38,245 nt of DNA, from the IMG/VR virus record IMGVR_UViG_3300033407_000062, positions 1 through 38,245 of that record, one strand, 5' to 3'. Position 1 is the stretch's first letter, and the number at the start of each line of letters is the position of its first letter. The stretch comes from a virus. The translations under genes were made by a program, and so were the position numbers. Under the pieces are notes generated by a model. That model made no database searches. It worked only from the letters and a program-made list of their open reading frames with translations, and had not been told where the DNA came from. This document shows, one piece after another, positions 13,462 through 19,613 of this stretch.

Positions 13462-15189
13462 ATGGCGAAGAAGAAGCGCACAGAGCCGCAGAGACTTCTC
13501 GACCTGCCTGTTATCGAAGCGTTATCAATCAAGGGATGGTTACAAAAGGATATAGTCGATCACCTTAACGAAATACGCCCCTATAAATTGACACAGCAAC
13601 AAGTGTCTTACGACATCGCTCAAATCCGTGAGCGCTGGGTCGAAGCCGCCACCCAGGAGATACTCGAATCCCGTGGACGCGTGCTTGCGACCCTGCGCGT
13701 TCAGCAGGAGGAAGCCTGGCGCGGATGGGTACGCAGCACCGAACCGATCAAGGTCACGCAAAAGCGCATCACCGAAGGTCCACAGGGGACAACGAAGGAA
13801 ATGACCGAGCGCACCGAAGAGGGCAAATGGGACAAGGGCTTTTTGGATGTCGTAACCGCGAACATAAAAAGCTACCGCGATATTTTAGGCATGGACGCGC
13901 CGAAGCAGGAAAAGGGCGACCTGCTAAACCCATCCGATAAGCCGCAGAATATCACCATCCCCGCCGACGTTATCGCGCCCGATATGCTGGCGTCCTATCG
14001 CGCGATCAAGTCGGGGCAGTATCATGAATTTCTGGAAGAGGGCGGGCGCGGTAGTACCAAGTCGTCATTCATAAGTATGATGTGCATTGAGTTGTTGATC
14101 AACAATCCCGACGTGCACATGCTGGCCTCCCGTCAAGTCGGTAACACGATGCGGGATAGTGTCTACGCACAACTCAAATGGGCTATCGGCGAACTCGGAT
14201 TATCCGACCTGTTCAAGACCATCACGAACCCGATGGAGATCACCTACCTGCCGACCGATCAAAAGATATATTTCCGCGGGATGGATGATGTCGGCAAAAT
14301 AAAATCAATTACACCCGTCAAGGGTTATATCGGTATTTTCTGGCTGGAGGAAGCAGATCAGGCACGCGGCCCCGAAGCGATCCGTAAGGTCGAGCAGAGT
14401 CTACGCGGCGGTGAAAAGATGTGGTTCTTCAAGTCGTGGAACACCCCCCGCCCGCTGAAGCATTGGATTAATCAATACGTCCTGACCCCCAAGAAAAAGC
14501 AATACCATCACAAAAGCAATTATATGAATGTACCGCGCGAATGGCTGGGGAGTATCTTCATCGAGGAAGCCGAACACCTGCGACAAGTCAATCCGAAAGC
14601 CTATGCCAATGAATACATGGGCGAAGCGACCGGCTTGGGCGGTACGGTATTCGAGAACGTGGTAGGCAGGGAGATCACCGATAAAGAGATCAAGCAGTTC
14701 GACCAGGTTGGGCAGGGCATGGATTACGGCTGGTTCCCTGATCCGTTCGTATGGACGCGCAGCCACTTTGACGCCGCCCGCCTGAAACTGTATATTTTCG
14801 ATGAATACCACGTAAATAAAAAGCGCAATAAAGCCGTGTATAACTATCTGGTCAAAGAAAAGCACATCGACAAATACAAGAATGAATTAGTTATCGGCGA
14901 CTCAGCATCACCGAAAGACGTGGCCGACTTCCGCGAGTACGGCATGAACATACGCGGAGCAGAGAAGGGCCCCGACTCAGTTGATTATTCCATGAAGTGG
15001 TTGCAGGGATTGGTCGAGATCGTCATTGACCCCGTGCGCTGTCCGTACACACTAAAGGAATTCTATTCTTACGAATTGGAGCAGAACAAAGATGGTGAAT
15101 TCATCAGTTCCTATCCAGACCGTGATAACCACTCGATTGATTCTGTGCGCTATCGAACTAATCTGCTATGGCGTCGTCGCGGTCAATGA
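13462..15189 (+). CDS. terL: terminase large subunit (PBSX/XtmB-like) with an extra ~170-aa N-terminal HTH-like region
   Basis: Walker A EEGGRGSTKS. Terminase-like motifs follow. The gene sits before the portal gene. Confidence 0.8.
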   Translation: MAKKKRTEPQRLLDLPVIEALSIKGWLQKDIVDHLNEIRPYKLTQQQVSYDIAQIRERWVEAATQEILESRGRVLATLRVQQEEAWRGWVRSTEPIKVTQKRITEGPQGTTKEMTERTEEGKWDKGFLDVVTANIKSYRDILGMDAPKQEKGDLLNPSDKPQNITIPADVIAPDMLASYRAIKSGQYHEFLEEGGRGSTKSSFISMMCIELLINNPDVHMLASRQVGNTMRDSVYAQLKWAIGELGLSDLFKTITNPMEITYLPTDQKIYFRGMDDVGKIKSITPVKGYIGIFWLEEADQARGPEAIRKVEQSLRGGEKMWFFKSWNTPRPLKHWINQYVLTPKKKQYHHKSNYMNVPREWLGSIFIEEAEHLRQVNPKAYANEYMGEATGLGGTVFENVVGREITDKEIKQFDQVGQGMDYGWFPDPFVWTRSHFDAARLKLYIFDEYHVNKKRNKAVYNYLVKEKHIDKYKNELVIGDSASPKDVADFREYGMNIRGAEKGPDSVDYSMKWLQGLVEIVIDPVRCPYTLKEFYSYELEQNKDGEFISSYPDRDNHSIDSVRYRTNLLWRRRGQ

Positions 15190-15271
15190 CATCGAATGAC
15201 CCACGCAAATGGAATGAGCATTTACTTCGCAGGCGCACGATTAAGCAGTACACTAGATACATGAGGCAATT

Positions 15272-16789
15272 ATGAATAATTTTATATCGTCCATTTGGAA
15301 CTGGATCAAAGGAGTATTTGGCATGAATCAAACTCAAATAAATAAGGCATTTAATATAACCCTGATGGATGTCTCGACCCCGATGGTTGAGGCTCTTTTG
15401 TTATGGTCGAAGCTGTACAAGAATGAGGCAGACTGGACAACCGCCGACACCCCCAGCCTGTCGCTCCCATCCGCTATCGCTGGCGAAATCGCGCGCCTCA
15501 CGACCATAGAAATGGAAGTCAATATCACCGGGAAGAAACCCGACCAGGCACCCGATACAACCGCGCCCGTCGAGCCTGCCCCTTCCAAGCGTGCGGATTA
15601 CCTGTCTATACAATTTGATAAGGTGATGAGCCGACTAAGAGAGGAAGTCGAATACGGATGCGCGAAGGGCGGGATGGTCATCAAACCATACGTCAACGGT
15701 AAAGAGATCGCCTTCAACTTTGTGCAGGCTGATGAGTTTTTCCCGATTGAGTTCGACGCCAATGACGCAATGGTAGATGTTGTATTCTCCGACCAGCGTA
15801 AGATCGGCGATACCTATTACACGCGCCTGGAACGTCACACGATGGGGGATACCGTTATCAATGGCAAACCACGACGCGGATGCAATATCATCAACAAGGC
15901 GTACAAATCCAGCACTCAGGAAACACTTGGCAGCGAGATCGAATTATCAAGCGTTCCCGCATGGGCTGAACTCGAAGGCGACAAGTGGATCGCGCCGCTG
16001 GATAAACCCTTATTCTCTTACTTCAAGTTCCCGCAAGCCAACAACATAGACACCGCGTCCCCCCTGGGCGTCTCGTGCTACGCGCGCGCGGCGATGGGTA
16101 CAAATCCGCTGATCAAACAAGCGGATGATATTTGGTCTAATTTCCTGTGGGAGTTTGAGTCTGGCAAGCGGGCCATCGACGTGGATGAACTGGCGTTCGA
16201 CCGCGACTCTAACGATAACCCCATCCTGCCGAACCGCCGACTATATAGAACTTATAAACAGAGCGGTACAAGTATTGGCGCGGGCGGGGATCTGTTTAAG
16301 GAATGGACGCCGACTCTGCGAGAACAGAATATACTCGCAGGGCTGAACGCGATATTGAAGCGGATCGAGTTTGTGACATCATTGGCCTATGGCACGCTCT
16401 CCGATCCGAACCTGGTCGATAAAACGGCGACTGAAATTGTGTCACAGAAACAAAGGTCATACGCCCTTGTTAGTGATACTCAAAAGGCATTACAAGCAAC
16501 AATAGAGCAGACGGTTTGGGCTATGAATGCGTGGGCAGATATTAATAAGCTGTCTCCGCGCGGAGATTATGACGTTAGTTGCGACTTCGATGATTCTCTC
16601 ATTGTAGATAGTCAGGCGCAATTCTCTCAGGATCAACAGGCGGTTGGAATGTCTGCCATGTCTAAACAAAAATTCCTGGAACGTAACTACGGGCTGACGC
16701 CATCGGCCGCGCAGCTGTGGGTCAAGGAAGCGCAGGAGGAGCGCCCGCCCGTTGATCTATTCTCGAATCTGGATGAAACAGGATCGTAG
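15272..16789 (+). CDS. portal protein (SPP1 gp6-like)
   Basis: 505-aa ORF after terL with GAGG RBS. Size, position and acidic C-terminus are typical of portals. Confidence 0.7.
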   Translation: MNNFISSIWNWIKGVFGMNQTQINKAFNITLMDVSTPMVEALLLWSKLYKNEADWTTADTPSLSLPSAIAGEIARLTTIEMEVNITGKKPDQAPDTTAPVEPAPSKRADYLSIQFDKVMSRLREEVEYGCAKGGMVIKPYVNGKEIAFNFVQADEFFPIEFDANDAMVDVVFSDQRKIGDTYYTRLERHTMGDTVINGKPRRGCNIINKAYKSSTQETLGSEIELSSVPAWAELEGDKWIAPLDKPLFSYFKFPQANNIDTASPLGVSCYARAAMGTNPLIKQADDIWSNFLWEFESGKRAIDVDELAFDRDSNDNPILPNRRLYRTYKQSGTSIGAGGDLFKEWTPTLREQNILAGLNAILKRIEFVTSLAYGTLSDPNLVDKTATEIVSQKQRSYALVSDTQKALQATIEQTVWAMNAWADINKLSPRGDYDVSCDFDDSLIVDSQAQFSQDQQAVGMSAMSKQKFLERNYGLTPSAAQLWVKEAQEERPPVDLFSNLDETGS

Positions 16790-16880
16790 ACCTTGCGCGT
16801 TTTTGAATTGTGTATTACAATTGCCGTATAAAACATAGTTCGGCGGCTTCCTTGCCAGCCGAATACGCAAGGAGAATATC

Positions 16881-17132
16881 ATGTCTGGATTTATGAGTAA
16901 CTGTCCATTTGGCGATCATGGCGAAGCGTTTTTGTGGCATGGAAGCGGTAACGACGAAATAGATGTTGCCGTTGTTGAACTCATGCAGTTGTCAGAGTTG
17001 GATGAAAAAACGGCTCTTGAAATTGCAGATGAAATCGGCGCATGTTTATCACGCCGCCGAACAATGCTTGCACCCGACAAGGGGCAGGCGGCGGTCGTGA
17101 AAGATAATCAGGTCTTTGCCCCTTGCGGGTAA
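16881..17132 (+). CDS. hypothetical 83-aa acidic protein
   Basis: AAGGAG RBS. Its stop codon lies inside a junction motif. Confidence 0.5.
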   Translation: MSGFMSNCPFGDHGEAFLWHGSGNDEIDVAVVELMQLSELDEKTALEIADEIGACLSRRRTMLAPDKGQAAVVKDNQVFAPCG

Positions 17133-17147
17133 AGCCAGCCGTTAGGC
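17125..17147 (+). repeat. gene-junction motif copy (GCGGGTAAAGCCAGCCGTTAGGC)
   Basis: Contains the TAA of 16881-17132. ATG 17158 follows 10 nt later. Confidence 0.75.
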
Positions 17148-17157
17148 AACTAAAACA

Positions 17158-17970
17158 ATGAACCCTTATTATCAAAAAGATGGCATCACGATCTACAATG
17201 GCGATTGCCGCGAAGTCATGGCGGGCTTGCCTGATAATTCGTGTGGTCTAACGGTCACATCTCCGCCTTACAACATGCGAACCCGCATCCGTAATGGCGA
17301 GTACACCACCCGCGAACAGACAGACCACTTTAGCAGGAAGTATGAGCATTTTAGCGACGCACTTTCACCACAAGAGTATTATGAATTTCACAGTCACGCT
17401 ATCCGTGAAATGATGAGAATTTCAAATACGGTGCTTTGGAATATTCAGATTGTCACAGGTAGCAAAGAAGCCGTGTTCCGCATGATTGGCGATTTTGCCA
17501 AAGAAATAAAAGACATCATCGTGTGGGATAAAGGTCATGGTCAGCCAGCCATGCACGATAACGTAATCAATAAAGCGGCTGAATTGATTTTGATTTTTGA
17601 GAAAAACGCAACGGCAGGTAGAGAGTTTTCAAGGTCGTTTTTTCCTCGTGGTGAAATGACAGACATCTGGCGAATGAAGCGCGGCAATAATACCGAAAGT
17701 CACGGCGCAACTTTCCCGCTTCATTTGGCGCAAAAGGCTATCACTGGCTGGAGCGCAGAGAATGACGTTATCCTTGATCCATTCATGGGTACAGGTACAA
17801 GCCTAATAGCCGCAAGGAACGAAGGACGAAAAGCGGTAGGCATTGAAATCTCCGAAGAATATTGTGAGTTGGCGGTAAAGGGTCTGGCGCAAATGTCGCT
17901 CTTTACGTTGCCTAACACAGCGTCCACCCGACAGGGGCGGGCTGTGGCTCAAAATGAGTTATTCGGATAA
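17158..17970 (+). CDS. second DNA methyltransferase (N4/N6 family, SPPY motif)
   Basis: VTSPPYNM, then DPFMGTGTSLIAARNEGRKAVGIEI near the C-terminus. Confidence 0.8.
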   Translation: MNPYYQKDGITIYNGDCREVMAGLPDNSCGLTVTSPPYNMRTRIRNGEYTTREQTDHFSRKYEHFSDALSPQEYYEFHSHAIREMMRISNTVLWNIQIVTGSKEAVFRMIGDFAKEIKDIIVWDKGHGQPAMHDNVINKAAELILIFEKNATAGREFSRSFFPRGEMTDIWRMKRGNNTESHGATFPLHLAQKAITGWSAENDVILDPFMGTGTSLIAARNEGRKAVGIEISEEYCELAVKGLAQMSLFTLPNTASTRQGRAVAQNELFG

Positions 17971-18019
17971 TTATCAGGTCTTGCGTTCTCGCCCCTGCGG
18001 GTAACGCAAGCCGTTGGGC
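17910..18019 (+). repeat. 110-bp inverted-repeat-ended element, copy 2 (covers the last ~20 codons and stop of the MTase; its 3' arm 17997-18019 is a junction-motif copy)
   Basis: Aligned by eye with the reverse complement of 8512-8621. Confidence 0.85.
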
Positions 18020-18040
18020 TGACCCCGAAGGAAAATAAAC

Positions 18041-18304
18041 ATGAGCGAACATAATCCGAACGCATGGCAAGATGGTTTTGACGCATGGCAAAATGGATAC
18101 GATGACGCAATGTACGATGGTATTGATACGTCAAGCGAAATGCCGTGCAAATGCGAAGCGTGCCTGAAAGGTTACGCCGAAGGTCAAGAAGCCGCCTTGA
18201 AAGAAATCTTTGCTGGCAGTCAGTCTGCCCAACAAAGCGTGCCCCCGACTGTTGCTACAGTCGCCGCGCAAGAAGTCAATTTGGATGCCCGCAACAGCGG
18301 GTAA
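18041..18304 (+). CDS. hypothetical 87-aa protein
   Basis: GAAGGA RBS. Its stop codon lies inside a junction motif. Confidence 0.5.
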   Translation: MSEHNPNAWQDGFDAWQNGYDDAMYDGIDTSSEMPCKCEACLKGYAEGQEAALKEIFAGSQSAQQSVPPTVATVAAQEVNLDARNSG

Positions 18305-18319
18305 CGCAAACCGTTCGGT
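18297..18319 (+). repeat. gene-junction motif copy (GCGGGTAACGCAAACCGTTCGGT)
   Basis: Contains the TAA of 18041-18304 and runs into the 59-bp repeat. Confidence 0.75.
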
Positions 18320-18372
18320 GGAGCTGCGCTCACCCCAAAGAACGGGGTGGCTTGTCCACCGAACGGGGCGCG
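18314..18372 (+). repeat. 59-bp structured intergenic repeat, copy 2
   Basis: TTCGGTGGAgctgcgctCACCCCaaagaacGGGGTGgcttgTCCACCGAAcggggcgcg, with nested inverted repeats read directly. Confidence 0.9.
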
Positions 18373-18424
18373 GGATGTAATTCCGTTTTATCGGCTCTTT
18401 GAGAGCAGAAAGGTGTGGCTAAAA

Positions 18425-18661
18425 ATGGTAATGTGTTGGAGAGATAATCACGTTTTTTTGTGGGCAGACTATAATACTCTTGGCATCCCCGAAGGCTTGA
18501 TTTGCACGTGCGGCAAGCATCGCCTGACACGCTCCGCCGAACAACGGAATGATGCGGAAACGGGCATTCCAGCGGCTTGCGAGCATATGAATCGTATTCA
18601 TGGGACGGGGAACGATTGGTGTCTCGACTGTGGTTACTTCCCATTGCCGCCGCTTCCATGA
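18425..18661 (+). CDS. hypothetical Zn-ribbon protein (78 aa, start MVMCWRD)
   Basis: Contains CTCG and CLDCG pairs. The longer 104-aa ORF would start inside the repeat. Confidence 0.45.
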   Translation: MVMCWRDNHVFLWADYNTLGIPEGLICTCGKHRLTRSAEQRNDAETGIPAACEHMNRIHGTGNDWCLDCGYFPLPPLP

Positions 18662-18997
18662 ACGCCCGTTCCGCATATCCCGCGCCCCGTTAGACCCCTT
18701 CTTTCCATGAAGGGCGAACTTTGAAAAAATGAATGTTACGGCGTGCTTGAGCAACACTTTGGAGAAATCCATTCCGTGGATATGCCATAGCAGAGTAAGT
18801 CGGTAAAATTCCGACCCGCTGTTTCAGGCTTAGACCCCGCGTGTAGCGCGTAAAAAACTTCGGGCTTAGTAGCTTGTATTTCCGAGCGCGGGGTCTAACA
18901 AAGCATGCACCTGACGCTGGGGCAGTGTGCGAAATCTCAAACATTATCAAGGCTGTGGCGTTATCAGCGCGGACGGTTTCACCGTCCGAACCCCAGC

Positions 18998-19020
18998 GCA
19001 GGTAATGCCAGCCGTTAGGC
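18998..19020 (+). repeat. gene-junction motif copy (GCAGGTAATGCCAGCCGTTAGGC)
   Basis: ATG 19030 follows 9 nt later. The flank ..GCCAGCCGTTAGGCAAaTAAAACATG nearly repeats the one before ATG 17158. Confidence 0.7.
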
Positions 19021-19029
19021 AAATAAAAC

Positions 19030-19278
19030 ATGCACACTCACCCCAAGCCATTCACATTCACATTCACAAGATCGAAGCGGAAGCACTTGCGCCCGCCGAG
19101 ATTTTTTGTCATCTGCTCAGAGTGTGGCGTAGAGTTGCAGGCCGTCGAGGATGTGGACGGTTCGATCCATACATTCAGCACCAACCGCAGGCGGACGCGG
19201 AAACGGGTATACTCTTTCAGGCTGACCCCTGAGTCTGCCGAACGGGTTAGGGCTATGCAAAAAACAGGAGAGCTGTAA
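19030..19278 (+). CDS. hypothetical basic protein (82 aa)
   Basis: Contains CSECG. Coupled to the next gene. Confidence 0.45.
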   Translation: MHTHPKPFTFTFTRSKRKHLRPPRFFVICSECGVELQAVEDVDGSIHTFSTNRRRTRKRVYSFRLTPESAERVRAMQKTGEL

Positions 19279-19280
19279 CG

Positions 19281-19613
19281 ATGAGTATTATTGCTGATAT
19301 AAATACGGCTGTGATGGATGCGTATAAAAAGACAGGCGACTACCCCACAAAGATACACATAACCGATTCAGCGTATTATAAACTTTTGCAAGATGACGCT
19401 AAATACATGGGACAATGGACAGTATCCCCACCTCCACAAGATACGATTATGGGGGTTGAATGCCAACGATGGAGAGACGGGATGTTGGGTGACAGAGAGT
19501 TTGCACTGGATTATCAGGACGACTTAAAAAACGCTTACGCTTTTGGTTATGTTGTCCGAGATAAAGAGATAAAAAAAACCGAAATTAAATACCTGCACGT
19601 CGAAAGAATCTAA
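19281..19613 (+). CDS. hypothetical 110-aa protein
   Basis: GGAGAG RBS. Its stop abuts the ATG of the MuF-like gene. Confidence 0.55.
   Translation: MSIIADINTAVMDAYKKTGDYPTKIHITDSAYYKLLQDDAKYMGQWTVSPPPQDTIMGVECQRWRDGMLGDREFALDYQDDLKNAYAFGYVVRDKEIKKTEIKYLHVERI

Noticed and set aside
14401-14865. 154-aa minus ORF inside the terminase gene
   Set aside because: It is an antisense shadow of a motif-supported gene.
18690-19037. 115-aa minus ORF and the overlapping plus ORF 18927-19232
   Set aside because: The minus ORF is antisense to the operon and built from repeat and junction sequence. Neither has an RBS, and the 19030-19278 frame is the more plausible coding frame.
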